From Auanema rhodensis (lineage: Eukaryota > Animalia > Nematoda), in the NCBI GenBank assembly GCA_964057225.1, contig OZ059895.1, forward strand, positions 13,020,001-13,084,000: a DNA stretch of 64,000 nt, written 5' to 3'. A program made the position numbers and the translations under genes. Of this stretch, positions 47,038 through 62,000 are shown one piece after another. Positions within the stretch are counted from its first letter, which is position 1. Each line of letters begins with the position of its first letter. Under the pieces are notes generated by a model, which worked only from the letters and a program-made list of their open reading frames with translations, made no database searches and was not told where the DNA came from.

Positions 47038-50000
47038 TCGTAAGCGAAAATACCTGATATTCAATGATTTACATACTTATCCTCGTTATTGTTTTTTTTT
47101 CAATTTCATGTTAGTTATGTAATTTTCTACGTTACATCTAAATCCCTCGATGATATCAAATCTTATGAGCTCCAAATACAATAAATTAAAAAAGGTTTCA
47201 CAGTTGTATAGTGTTAAAACAATGTTTGTTTCAATAGGAAATAGATAGAAACAGTAAAGTTAAGATGAAGGTTCATAAACTACTGGTTTATAACTGTAAT
47301 ATAGAAATAAGATTGAAGATATTTTGATGCCTTGGGTTGAGCTATCTAAGTAAAACTGCTGGAAAATTAAAAACATTTGTTACGGAAGAGATAAAATTGA
47401 AAATCAGCTGCATTGCGTACTTTCAACGTGGTATGATCGTTAAAAAAATTTGAAAAGCTTACGGCACCCGGGATTCCCAAGCCGTCTCCGATCCAAGTAC
47501 TAACCGGGCCCAACGTTGCTTGACTTGCCAGATCGGACGGGATGGCGTACTTTCAACGTGGTATGGTCGTAAGCGAAAATACCTGATATTCAATGATTTA
47601 CATAATTATCCTCGTTTTTGTTTTTTTTCCAATTTCATGTTAGTTATGTAATTTTCTACGTTACATCTAAATCCCTCGATGATATCAAATCTTATGAGAT
47701 CCAAATACAATAAATTAAAAAGGTTTCACAGTTGTATAGTGTTTAAACAATGTTTGTTTCAATAGGAAATAGATAGAAACAGTAAAGTTAAGATGAAGGT
47801 TCATAAACTACTGGTTTATAACTGTAATATAGAAATAAGATTGAAGATATTTTGATGCCTTGGGTTGAGCTATCTAAGTAAAACTGCTGGAAAATTAAAA
47901 ACATTTGTTACGGAAGAGATGAAATTGAAAATCAGCTGCATTGCGTACTTTCAACGTGGTATGATCGTTAAAAAAATTTGAAAAGCTTACGGCACCCGGG
48001 ATTCCCAAGCCGTCTCCGATCCAAGTACTAACCGGGCCCAACGTTGCTTGACTTGCCAGATCGGACGGGATGGCGTACTTTCAACGTGGTATGGTCGTAA
48101 GCGAAAATACCTGATATTCAATGATTTACATAATTATCCTCGTTATTGTTTTTTTTCCAATTTCATGTTAGTTATGTAATTTTCTACGTTACATCTAAAT
48201 CCCTCGATGATATCAAATCTTATGAGATCCAAATACAATAAATTAAAAAGGTTTCACAGTTGTATAGTGTTTAAACAATGTTTGTTTCAATAGGAAATAG
48301 ATAGAAACAGTAAAGTTAAGATGAAGGTTCATAAACTACTGGTTTATAACTGTAATATAGAAATAAGATTGAAGATATTTTGATGCCTTGGGTTGAGCTA
48401 TCTAAGTAAAACTGCTGGAAAATTAAAAACATTTGTTACGGAAGAGATAAAATTGAAAATCTGCTGCATTGCGTACTTTCAACGTGGTATGATCGTTAAA
48501 AAAATTAGAAAAGCTTACGGCACCCGGGATTCCCAAGCCGTCTCCGATCCAAGTACTAACCGGGCCCAACGTTGCTTGACTTGCCAGATCGGACGGGATG
48601 GCGTACTTTCAACGTGGTATGGTCGTAAGCGAAAATACCTGATATTCAATGATTTACATACTTATCCTCGTTATAGTTTTTTTTTCAATTTCATGTTAGT
48701 TATGTAATTTTCTACGTTACATCTAAATCCCTCGATGATATCAAATCTTATGAGATCCAAATACAATAAATTGAAAAAGGTTTCACAGTTGTATAGTGTT
48801 TAAACAATGTTTGTTTCAATAGGAAATAGATAGAAACAGTAAAGTTAAGATGAAGGTTCATAAACTACTGGTTTATAACTGTAATATAGAAATAAGATTG
48901 AAGATATTTTGATGCCTTGGGTTGAGCTATCTAAGTAAAACTGCTGGAAAATTAAAAACATTTGTTACGGAAGAGATAAAATTGAAAATCAGCTGCATGG
49001 CGTACTTTCAACGTGGTATGGTCGTAAGCGAAAAAATCTGATATTCAATGATTTACATAATTATCCTCGTTTTTGTTTTTTTTCCAATTTCATGTTAGTT
49101 ATGTAATTTTCTACGTTACATCTAAATCCCTCGATGATATCAAATCTTATGAGATCCAAATACAATAAATTAAAAAGGTTTCACAGTTGTATAGTGTTTA
49201 AACAATGTTTGTTTCAATAGGAAATAGATAGAAACAGTAAAGTTAAGATGAAGGTTCATAAACTACTGGTTTATAACTGTAATATAGAAATAAGATTGAA
49301 GATATTTTGATGCCTTGGGTTGAGCTATCTAAGTAAAACTGCTGGAAAATTAAAAACATTTGTTACGGAAGAGATGAAATTGAAAATCAGCTGCATTGCG
49401 TACTTTCAACGTGGTATGATCGTTAAAAAAATTTGAAAAGCTTACGGCACCCGGGATTCCCAAGCCGTCTCCGATCCAAGTACTAACCGGGCCCAACGTT
49501 GCTTGACTTGCCAGATCGGACGGGATGGCGTACTTTCAACGTGGTATGGTCGTAAGCGAAAATACCAGATATTCAATGATTTACATAATTATCCTCGTTA
49601 TTGTTTTTTTTCCAATTTCATGTTAGTTATGTAATTTTCTACGTTACATCTAAATCCCTCGATGATATCAAATCTTATGAGATCCAAATACAATAAATTA
49701 AAAAGGTTTCACAGTTGTATAGTGTTTAAACAATGTTTGTTTCAATAGGAAATAGATAGAAACAGTAAAGTTAAGATGAAGGTTCATAAACTACTGGTTT
49801 ATAACTGTAATATAGAAATAAGATTGAAGATATTTTGATGCCTTGGGTTGAGCTATCTAAGTAAAACTGCTGGAAAATTAAAAACATTTGTTACGGAAGA
49901 GATAAAATTGAAAATCTGCTGCATTGCGTACTTTCAACGTGGTATGATCGTTAAAAAAATTAGAAAAGCTTACGGCACCCGGGATTCCCAAGCCGTCTCC

Positions 50001-53000
50001 GATCCAAGTACTAACCGGGCCCAACGTTGCTTGACTTGCCAGATCGGACGGGATGGCGTACTTTCAACGTGGTATGGTCGTAAGCGAAAATACCTGATAT
50101 TCAATGATTTACATACTTATCCTCGTTATTGTTTTTTTTTCAATTTCATGTTAGTTATGTAATTTTCTACGTTACATCTAAATCCCTCGATGATATCAAA
50201 TCTTATGAGATCCAAATACAATAAATTGAAAAAGGTTTCACAGTTGTATAGTGTTTGAACAATGTTTGTTTCAATAGGAAATAGATAGAAACAGTAAAGT
50301 TAAGATGAAGGTTCATAAACTACTGGTTTATAACTGTAATATAGAAATAAGATTGAAGATATTTTGATGCCTTGGGTTGAGCTATCTAAGTAAAACTGCT
50401 GGAAAATTAAAAACATTTGTTACGGAAGAGATAAAATTGAAAATCAGCTGCATGGCGTACTTTCAACGTGGTATGGTCGTAAGCGAAAAAATCTGATATT
50501 CAATGATTTACATACTTATCCTCGTTATTGTTTTTTTCCAATTTCATGTTAGTTATGTAATTTTCTACGTTACATCTAAATTCCTCGATGATATCAAATC
50601 TTATGAGCTCCAAATACAATAAATTAAAAAAGGTTACACAGTTGTATAGTGTTAAAACAATGTTTGTCTCAATAGGAAATAGATAGAAACAGTAAAGTTA
50701 AGATGAAGGTTCATAAACTACTGGTTTATAACTGTAATATAGAAATAAGATTGAAGATATTTTGATGCCTTGGGTTGAGCTATCTAAGTAAAACTGCTGG
50801 AAAATTAAAAACATTTGTTACGGAAGAGATAAAATTGAAAATCAGCTGCATTGCGTACTTTCAACGTGGTATGATCGTTAAAAAAATTTGAAAAGCTTAC
50901 GGCACCCGGGATTCCCAAGCCGTCTCCGATCCAAGTACTAACCGGGCCCAACGTTGCTTGACTTGCCAGATCGGACGGGATGGCGTACTTTCAACGTGGT
51001 ATGGTCGTAAGCGAAAATACCTGATATTCAATGATTTACATACTTATCCTCGTTATTGTTTTTTTTCCAATTTCATGTTAGTTATGTAATTTTCTACGTT
51101 ACATCTAAATCCCTCGATGATATCAAATCTTATGAGATCCAAATACAATAAATTAAAAAGGTTTCACAGTTGTATAGTGTTTAAACAATGTTTGTTTCAA
51201 TAGGAAATAGATAGAAACAGTAAAGTTAAGATGAAGGTTCATAAACTACTGGTTTATAACTGTAATATAGAAATAAGATTGAAGATATTTTGATGCCTTG
51301 GGTTGAGCTATCTAAGTAAAACTGCTGGAAAATTAAAAACATTTGTTACGGAAGAGATAAAATTGAAAATCAGCTGCATTGCGTACTTTCAACGTGGTAT
51401 GATCGTTAAAAAAATTTGAAAAGCTTACGGCACCCGGGATTCCCAAGCCGTCTCCGATCCAAGTACTAACCGGGCCCAACGTTGCTTGACTTGCCAGATC
51501 GGACGGGATGGCGTACTTTCAACGTGGTATGGTCGTAAGCGAAAATACCTGATATTCAATGATTTACATACTTATCCTCGTTATTGTTTTTTTTTCAATT
51601 TCATGTTAGTTATGTAATTTTCTACGTTACATCTAAATCCCTCGATGATATCAAATCTTATGAGATCCAAATACAATAAATTGAAAAAGGTTTCACAGTT
51701 GTATAGTGTTTAAACAATGTTTGTTTCAATAGGAAATAGATAGAAACAGTAAAGTTAAGATGAAGGTTCATAAACTACTGGTTTATAACTGTAATATAGA
51801 AATAAGATTGAAGATATTTTGATGCCTTGGGTTGAGCTATCTAAGTAAAACTGCTGGAAAATTAAAAACATTTGTTACGGAAGAGATAAAATTGAAAATC
51901 AGCTGCATGGCGTACTTTCAACGTGGTATGGTCGTAAGCGAAAAAATCTGATATTCAATGATTTACATACTTATCCTCGTTATTGTTTTTTTCCAATTTC
52001 ATGTTAGTTATGTAATTTTCTACGTTACATCTAAATTGCTCGATGATATCAAATCTTATGAGCTCCAAATACAATAAATTAAAAAAGGTTACACAGTTGT
52101 ATAGTGTTAAAACAATGTTTGTCTCAATAGGAAATAGATAGAAACAGTAAAGTTAAGATGAAGGTTCATAAACTACTGGTTTATAACTGTAATATAGAAA
52201 TAAGATTGAAGATATTTTGATGCCTTGGGTTGAGCTATCTAAGTAAAACTGCTGGAAAATTAAAAACATTTGTTACGGAAGAGATAAAATTGAAAATCAG
52301 CTGCATTGCGTACTTTCAACGTGGTATGATCGTTAAAAAAATTTGAAAAGCTTACGGCACCCGGGATTCCCAAGCCGTCTCCGATCCAAGTACTAACCGG
52401 GCCCAACGTTGCTTGACTTGCCAGATCGGACGGGATGGCGTACTTTCAACGTGGTATGGTCGTAAGCGAAAATACCTGATATTCAATGATTTACATACTT
52501 ATCCTCGTTATTGTTTTTTTTCCAATTTCATGTTAGTTATGTAATTTTCTACGTTACATCTAAATCCCTCGATGATATCAAATCTTATGAGATCCAAATA
52601 CAATAAATTAAAAAGGTTTCACAGTTGTATAGTGTTTAAACAATGTTTGTTTCAATAGGAAATAGATAGAAACAGTAAAGTTAAGATGAAGGTTCATAAA
52701 CTACTGGTTTATAACTGTAATATAGAAATAAGATTGAAGATATTTTGATGCCTTGGGTTGAGCTATCTAAGTAAAACTGCTGGAAAATTAAAAACATTTG
52801 TTACGGAAGAGATAAAATTGAAAATCAGCTGCATTGCGTACTTTCAACGTGGTATGATCGTTAAAAAAATTTGAAAAGCTTACGGCACCCGGGATTCCCA
52901 AGCCGTCTCCGATCCAAGTACTAACCGGGCCCAACGTTGCTTGACTTGCCAGATCGGACGGGATGGCGTACTTTCAACGTGGTATGGTCGTAAGCGAAAA

Positions 53001-56000
53001 TACCTGATATTCAATGATTTACATACTTATCCTCGTTATTGTTTTTTTTTCAATTTCATGTTAGTTATGTAATTTTCTACGTTACATCTAAATCCCTCGA
53101 TGATATCAAATCTTATGAGATCCAAATACAATAAATTGAAAAAGGTTTCACAGTTGTATAGTGTTTAAACAATGTTTGTTTCAATAGGAAATAGATAGAA
53201 ACAGTAAAGTTAAGATGAAGGTTCATAAACTACTGGTTTATAACTGTAATATAGAAATAAGATTGAAGATATTTTGATGCCTTGGGTTGAGCTATCTAAG
53301 TAAAACTGCTGGAAAATTAAAAACATTTGTTACGGAAGAGATAAAATTGAAAATCAGCTGCATGGCGTACTTTCAACGTGGTATGGTCGTAAGCGAAAAA
53401 ATCTGATATTCAATGATTTACATACTTATCCTCGTTATTGTTTTTTTCCAATTTCATGTTAGTTATGTAATTTTCTACGTTACATCTAAATTCCTCGATG
53501 ATATCAAATCTTATGAGCTCCAAATACAATAAATTAAAAAAGGTTACACAGTTGTATAGTGTTAAAACAATGTTTGTCTCAATAGGAAATAGATAGAAAC
53601 AGTAAAGTTAAGATGAAGGTTCATAAACTACTGGTTTATAACTGTAATATAGAAATAAGATTGAAGATATTTTGATGCCTTGGGTTGAGCTATCTAAGTA
53701 AAACTGCTGGAAAATTAAAAACATTTGTTACGGAAGAGATAAAATTGAAAATCAGCTGCATTGCGTACTTTCAACGTGGTATGATCGTTAAAAAAATTTG
53801 AAAAGCTTACGGCACCCGGGATTCCCAAGCCGTCTCCGATCCAAGTACTAACCGGGCCCAACGTTGCTTGACTTGCCAGATCGGACGGGATGGCGTACTT
53901 TCAACGTGGTATGGTCGTAAGCGAAAATACCTGATATTCAATGATTTACATACTTATCCTCGTTATTGTTTTTTTTTCAATTTCATGTTAGTTATGTAAT
54001 TTTCTACGTTACATCTAAATCCCTCGATGATATCAAATCTTATGAGCTCCAAATACAATAAATTAAAAAAGGTTTCACAGTTGTATAGTGTTAAAACAAT
54101 GTTTGTTTCAATAGGAAATAGATAGAAACAGTAAAGTTAAGATGAAGGTTCATAAACTACTGGTTTATAACTGTAATATAGAAATAAGATTGAAGATATT
54201 TTGATGCCTTGGGTTGAGCTATCTAAGTAAAACTGCTGGAAAATTAAAAACATTTGTTACGGAAGAGATAAAATTGAAAATCAGCTGCATTGCGTACTTT
54301 CAACGTGGTATGATCGTTAAAAAAATTTGAAAAGCTTACGGCACCCGGGATTCCCAAGCCGTCTCCGATCCAAGTACTAACCGGGCCCAACGTTGCTTGA
54401 CTTGCCAGATCGGACGGGATGGCGTACTTTCAACGTGGTATGGTCGTAAGCGAAAATACCTGATATTCAATGATTTACATACTTATCCTCGTTATTGTTT
54501 TTTTTCCAATTTCATGTTAGTTATGTAATTTTCTACGTTACATCTAAATCCCTCGATGATATCAAATCTTATGAGATCCAAATACAATAAATTAAAAAGG
54601 TTTCACAGTTGTATAGTGTTTAAACAATGTTTGTTTCAATAGGAAATAGATAGAAACAGTAAAGTTAAGATGAAGGTTCATAAACTACTGGTTTATAACT
54701 GTAATATAGAAATAAGATTGAAGATATTTTGATGCCTTGGGTTGAGCTATCTAAGTAAAACTGCTGGAAAATTAAAAACATTTGTTACGGAAGAGATAAA
54801 ATTGAAAATCAGCTGCATTGCGTACTTTCAACGTGGTATGATCGTTAAAAAAATTTGAAAAGCTTACGGCACCCGGGATTCCCAAGCCGTCTCCGATCCA
54901 AGTACTAACCGGGCCCAACGTTGCTTGACTTGCCAGATCGGACGGGATGGCGTACTTTCAACGTGGTATGGTCGTAAGCGAAAATACCTGATATTCAATG
55001 ATTTACATACTTATCCTCGTTATTGTTTTTTTTCCAATTTCATGTTAGTTATGTAATTTTCTACGTTACATCTAAATCCCTCGATGATATCAAATCTTAT
55101 GAGATCCAAATACAATAAATTAAAAAGGTTTCACAGTTGTATAGTGTTTAAACAATGTTTGTTTCAATAGGAAATAGATAGAAACAGTAAAGTTAAGATG
55201 AAGGTTCATAAACTACTGGTTTATAACTGTAATATAGAAATAAGATTGAAGATATTTTGATGCCTTGGGTTGAGCTATCTAAGTAAAACTGCTGGAAAAT
55301 TAAAAACATTTGTTACGGAAGAGATAAAATTGAAAATCAGCTGCATTGCGTACTTTCAACGTGGTATGATCGTTAAAAAAATTTGAAAAGCTTACGGCAC
55401 CCGGGATTCCCAAGCCGTCTCCGATCCAAGTACTAACCGGGCCCAACGTTGCTTGACTTGCCAGATCGGACGGGATGGCGTACTTTCAACGTGGTATGGT
55501 CGTAAGCGAAAATACCTGATATTCAATGATTTACATACTTATCCTCGTTATTGTTTTTTTTCCAATTTCATGTTAGTTATGTAATTTTCTACGTTACATC
55601 TAAATCCCTCGATGATATCAAATCTTATGAGATCCAAATACAATAAATTAAAAAGGTTTCACAGTTGTATAGTGTTTAAACAATGTTTGTTTCAATAGGA
55701 AATAGATAGAAACAGTAAAGTTAAGATGAAGGTTCATAAACTACTGGTTTATAACTGTAATATAGAAATAAGATTGAAGATATTTTGATGCCTTGGGTTG
55801 AGCTATCTAAGTAAAACTGCTGGAAAATTAAAAACATTTGTTACGGAAGAGATAAAATTGAAAATCAGCTGCATTGCGTACTTTCAACGTGGTATGATCG
55901 TTAAAAAAATTTGAAAAGCTTACGGCACCCGGGATTCCCAAGCCGTCTCCGATCCAAGTACTAACCGGGCCCAACGTTGCTTGACTTGCCAGATCGGACG

Positions 56001-59000
56001 GGATGGCGTACTTTCAACGTGGTATGGTCGTAAGCGAAAATACCTGATATTCAATGATTTACATACTTATCCTCGTTATTGTTTTTTTTCCAATTTCATG
56101 TTAGTTATGTAATTTTCTACGTTACATCTAAATCCCTCGATGATATCAAATCTTATGAGATCCAAATACAATAAATTAAAAAGGTTTCACAGTTGTATAG
56201 TGTTTAAACAATGTTTGTTTCAATAGGAAATAGATAGAAACAGTAAAGTTAAGATGAAGGTTCATAAACTACTGGTTTATAACTGTAATATAGAAATAAG
56301 ATTGAAGATATTTTGATGCCTTGGGTTGAGCTATCTAAGTAAAACTGCTGGAAAATTAAAAACATTTGTTACGGAAGAGATAAAATTGAAAATCAGCTGC
56401 ATTGCGTACTTTCAACGTGGTATGATCGTTAAAAAAATTTGAAAAGCTTACGGCACCCGGGATTCCCAAGCCGTCTCCGATCCAAGTACTAACCGGGCCC
56501 AACGTTGCTTGACTTGCCAGATCGGACGGGATGGCGTACTTTCAACGTGGTATGGTCGTAAGCGAAAATACCTGATATTCAATGATTTACATACTTATCC
56601 TCGTTATTGTTTTTTTTTCAATTTCATGTTAGTTATGTAATTTTCTACGTTACATCTAAATCCCTCGATGATATCAAATCTTATGAGCTCCAAATACAAT
56701 AAATTAAAAAAGGTTTCACAGTTGTATAGTGTTAAAACAATGTTTGTTTCAATAGGAAATAGATAGAAACAGTAAAGTTAAGATGAAGGTTCATAAACTA
56801 CTGGTTTATAACTGTAATATAGAAATAAGATTGAAGATATTTTGATGCCTTGGGTTGAGCTATCTAAGTAAAACTGCTGGAAAATTAAAAACATTTGTTA
56901 CGGAAGAGATAAAATTGAAAATCAGCTGCATTGCGTACTTTCAACGTGGTATGATCGTTAAAAAAATTTGAAAAGCTTACGGCACCCGGGATTCCCAAGC
57001 CGTCTCCGATCCAAGTACTAACCGGGCCCAACGTTGCTTGACTTGCCAGATCGGACGGGATGGCGTACTTTCAACGTGGTATGGTCGTAAGCGAAAATAC
57101 CTGATATTCAATGATTTACATACTTATCCTCGTTATTGTTTTTTTTCCAATTTCATGTTAGTTATGTAATTTTCTACGTTACATCTAAATCCCTCGATGA
57201 TATCAAATCTTATGAGATCCAAATACAATAAATTAAAAAGGTTTCACAGTTGTATAGTGTTTAAACAATGTTTGTTTCAATAGGAAATAGATAGAAACAG
57301 TAAAGTTAAGATGAAGGTTCATAAACTACTGGTTTATAACTGTAATATAGAAATAAGATTGAAGATATTTTGATGCCTTGGGTTGAGCTATCTAAGTAAA
57401 ACTGCTGGAAAATTAAAAACATTTGTTACGGAAGAGATAAAATTGAAAATCAGCTGCATTGCGTACTTTCAACGTGGTATGATCGTTAAAAAAATTTGAA
57501 AAGCTTACGGCACCCGGGATTCCCAAGCCGTCTCCGATCCAAGTACTAACCGGGCCCAACGTTGCTTGACTTGCCAGATCGGACGGGATGGCGTACTTTC
57601 AACGTGGTATGGTCGTAAGCGAAAATACCTGATATTCAATGATTTACATACTTATCCTCGTTATTGTTTTTTTTTCAATTTCATGTTAGTTATGTAATTT
57701 TCTACGTTACATCTAAATCCCTCGATGATATCAAATCTTATGAGATCCAAATACAATAAATTAAAAAAGGTTTCACAGTTGTATAGTGTTTAAACAATGT
57801 TTGTTTTAATAGGAAATATATAGAAACAGTAAAGTTAAGATGAAGGTTCATAAACTACTGGTTTATAACTGTAATATAGAAATAAGATTGAAGATATTTT
57901 GATGCCTTGGGTTGAGCTATCTAAGTAAAACTGCTGGAAAATTAAAAACATTTGTTACGGAAGAGATAAAATTGAAAATCAGCTGCATTGCGTACTTTCA
58001 ACGTGGTATGATCGTTAAAAAAATTTGAAAAGCTTACGGCACCCGGGATTCCCAAGCCGTCTCCGATCCAAGTACTAACCGGGCCCAACGTTGCTTGACT
58101 TGCCAGATCGGACGGGATGGCGTACTTTCAACGTGGTATGGTCGTAAGCGAAAATACCTGATATTCAATGATTTACATACTTATCCTCGTTATTGTTTTT
58201 TTTCCAATTTCATGTTAGTTATGTAATTTTCTACGTTACATCTAAATCCCTCGATGATATCAAATCTTATGAGATCCAAATACAATAAATTAAAAAGGTT
58301 TCACAGTTGTATAGTGTTTAAACAATGTTTGTTTCAATAGGAAATAGATAGAAACAGTAAAGTTAAGATGAAGGTTCATAAACTACTGGTTTATAACTGT
58401 AATATAGAAATAAGATTGAAGATATTTTGATGCCTTGGGTTGAGCTATCTAAGTAAAACTGCTGGAAAATTAAAAACATTTGTTACGGAAGAGATAAAAT
58501 TGAAAATCAGCTGCATTGCGTACTTTCAACGTGGTATGATCGTTAAAAAAATTTGAAAAGCTTACGGCACCCGGGATTCCCAAGCCGTCTCCGATCCAAG
58601 TACTAACCGGGCCCAACGTTGCTTGACTTGCCAGATCGGACGGGATGGCGTACTTTCAACGTGGTATGGTCGTAAGCGAAAATACCTGATATTCAATGAT
58701 TTACATACTTATCCTCGTTATTGTTTTTTTTTCAATTTCATGTTAGTTATGTAATTTTCTACGTTACATCTAAATCCCTCGATGATATCAAATCTTATGA
58801 GATCCAAATACAATAAATTAAAAAAGGTTTCACAGTTGTATAGTGTTTAAACAATGTTTGTTTTAATAGGAAATATATAGAAACAGTAAAGTTAAGATGA
58901 AGGTTCATAAACTACTGGTTTATAACTGTAATATAGAAATAAGATTGAAGATATTTTGATGCCTTGGGTTGAGCTATCTAAGTAAAACTGCTGGAAAATT

Positions 59001-62000
59001 AAAAACATTTGTTACGGAAGAGATAAAATTGAAAATCAGCTGCATGGCGTACTTTCAACGTGGTATGGTCGTAAGCGAAAAAATCTGATATTCAATGATT
59101 TACATACTTATCCTCGTTATTGTTTTTTTTCCAATTTCATGTTAGTTATGTAATTTTCTACGTTACATCTAAATTCCTCGATGATATCAAATCTTATGAG
59201 CTCCAAATACAATAAATTAAAAAAGGTTTCACAGTTGTATAGTGTTAAAACAATGTTTGTTTCAATAGGAAATAGATAGAAACAGTAAAGTTAAGATGAA
59301 GGTTCATAAACTACTGGTTTATAACTGTAATATAGAAATAAGATTGAAGATATTTTGATGCCTTGGGTTGAGCTATCTAAGTAAAACTGCTGGAAAATTA
59401 AAAACATTTGTTACTGAAGAGATAAAATTGAAAATCAGCTGCATTGCTTACTTTTAACGTGGTATGATCGTTAAAAAAATTTGAAAAGCTTACGGCAGGC
59501 GGGATTCCCAAGCCGTCTCCGATCCAAGTACTAACCGGGCCCAACGTTGCTTGACTTGCCAGATCGGACGGGATGGCGTACTTTCAACGTGGTATGGTCG
59601 TAAGCGAAAATACCGGATATTCAATGATTTACATAATTATCCTCGTTATTGTTTTTTTTCCAATTTCATGTTAGTTATGTAATTTTCTACGTTACATCTA
59701 AATCCCTCGATGATATCAAATCTTATGAGATCCAAATACAATAAATTAAAAAGGTTTCACAGTTGTATAGTGTTTAAACAATGTTTGTTTCAATAGGAAA
59801 TAGATAGAAACAGTAAAGTTAAGATGAAGGTTCATAAACTACTGGTTTATAACTGTAATATAGAAATAAGATTGAAGATATCTTGATGCCTTGGGTTGAG
59901 CTATCTAAGTAAAACTGCTGGAAAATTAAAAACATTTGTTACGGAAGAGATAAAATTGAAAATCAGCTGCATTGCGTACTTTCAACGTGGTATGATCGTT
60001 AAAAAAATTTGAAAAGCTTACGGCACCCGGGATTCCCAAGCCGTCTCCGATCCAAGTACTAACCGGGCCCAACGTTGCTTGACTTGCCAGATCGGACGGA
60101 ATGGCGTACTTTCAACGTGGTATGGTCGTAAGCGAAAATACCTGATATTCAATGATTTACATACTTATCCTCGTTATTGTTTTTTTTCCAATTTCATGTT
60201 AGTTATGTAATTTTCTACGTTACATCTAAATCCCTCGATGATATCAAATCTTATGAGATCCAAATACAATAAATTAAAAAGGTTTCACAGTTGTATAGTG
60301 TTTAAACAATGTTTGTTTCAATAGGAAATAGATAGAAACAGTAAAGTTAAGATGAAGGTTCATAAACTACTGGTTTATAACTGTAATATAGAAATAAGAT
60401 TGAAGATATTTTGATGCCTTGGGTTGAGCTATCTAAGTAAAACTGCTGGAAAATTAAAAACATTTGTTACGGAAGAGATAAAATTGAAAATCAGCTGCAT
60501 TGCGTACTTTCAACGTGGTATGATCGTTAAAAAAATTTGAAAAGCTTACGGCACCCGGAATTCCCAAGCCGTCTCCGATCCAAGTACTAACCGGGCCCAA
60601 CGTTGCTTGACTTGCCAGATCGGACGGGATGGCGTACTTTCAACGTGGTATGGTCGTAAGCGAAAATACCTGATATTCAATGATTTACATACTTATCCTC
60701 GTTATTGTTTTTTTCCAATTTCATGTTAGTTATGTAATTTTCTACGTTACATCTAAATTCCTCGATGATATCAAATCTTATGAGATCCAAATACAATAAA
60801 TTAAAAAGGTTTCACAGTTGTATAGTGTTTAAACAATGTTTGTTTCAATAGGAAATAGATAGAAACAGTAAAGTTAAGATGAAGGTTCATAAACTACTGG
60901 TTTATCACTGTAATATAGAAATAAGATTGAAGATATTTTGATGCCTTGGGTTGAGCTATCTAAGTAAAACTGCTGGAAAATTAAAAACATTTGTTACGGA
61001 AGAGATAAAATTGAAAATCAGCTGCATTGCGTACTTTCAACGTGGTATGATCGTTAAAAAAATTTGAAAAGCTTACGGCACCCGGGATTCCCAAGCCGTC
61101 TCCGATCCAAGTACTAACCGGGCCCAACGTTGCTTGACTTGCCAGATCGGACGGGATGGCGTACTTTCAACGTGGTATGGTCGTAAGCGAAAATGCCTGA
61201 TATTCAATGATTTACATACTTATCCTCGTTATTGTTTTTTTTTCAATTTCATGTTAGTTATGTAATTTTCTACGTTACATCTAAATCCCTCGATGATATC
61301 AAATCTTATGAGATCCAAATACAATAAATTAAAAAAGGTTTCACAGTTGTATAGTGTTTAAACAATGTTTGTTTCAATAGGAAATATATAGAAACAGTAA
61401 AGTTAAGATGAAGGTTCATAAACTACTGGTTTATAACTGTAATATAGAAATAAGATTGAAGATATTTTGATGCCTTGGGTTGAGCTATCTAAGTAAAACT
61501 GCTGGAAAATTAAAAACATTTGTTACGGAAGAGATAAAATTGAAAATCAGCTGCATGGCGTACTTTCAACGTGGTATGGTCGTAAGCGAAAAAATCTGAT
61601 ATTCAATGATTTACATACTTATCCTCGTTATTGTTTTTTTTCCAATTTCATGTTAGTTATGTAATTTTCTACGTTACATCTAAATTCCTCGATGATATCA
61701 AATCTTATGAGCTCCAAATACAATAAATTAAAAAAGGTTTCACAGTTGTATAGTGTTAAAACAATGTTTGTTTCAATAGGAAATAGATAGAAACAGTAAA
61801 GTTAAGATGAAGGTTCATAAACTACTGGTTTATAACTGTAATATAGAAATAAGATTGAAGATATTTTGATGCCTTGGGTTGAGCTATCTGAGTAAAACTG
61901 CTGGAAAATTAAAAACATTTGTTACTGAAGAGATAAAATTGAAAATCAGCTGCATTGCGTACTTTCAACGTGGTATGATCGTTAAAAAAATTTGAAAAGC

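Noticed and set aside
10322-50162. Recurrent 63-104 aa ORFs (MTCQIGRDG..., MSYLSKTAG..., MKVHKLL...)
   Set aside because: Antisense translations of 5S and spacer whose presence depends on T-run length or single SNPs; not genes.
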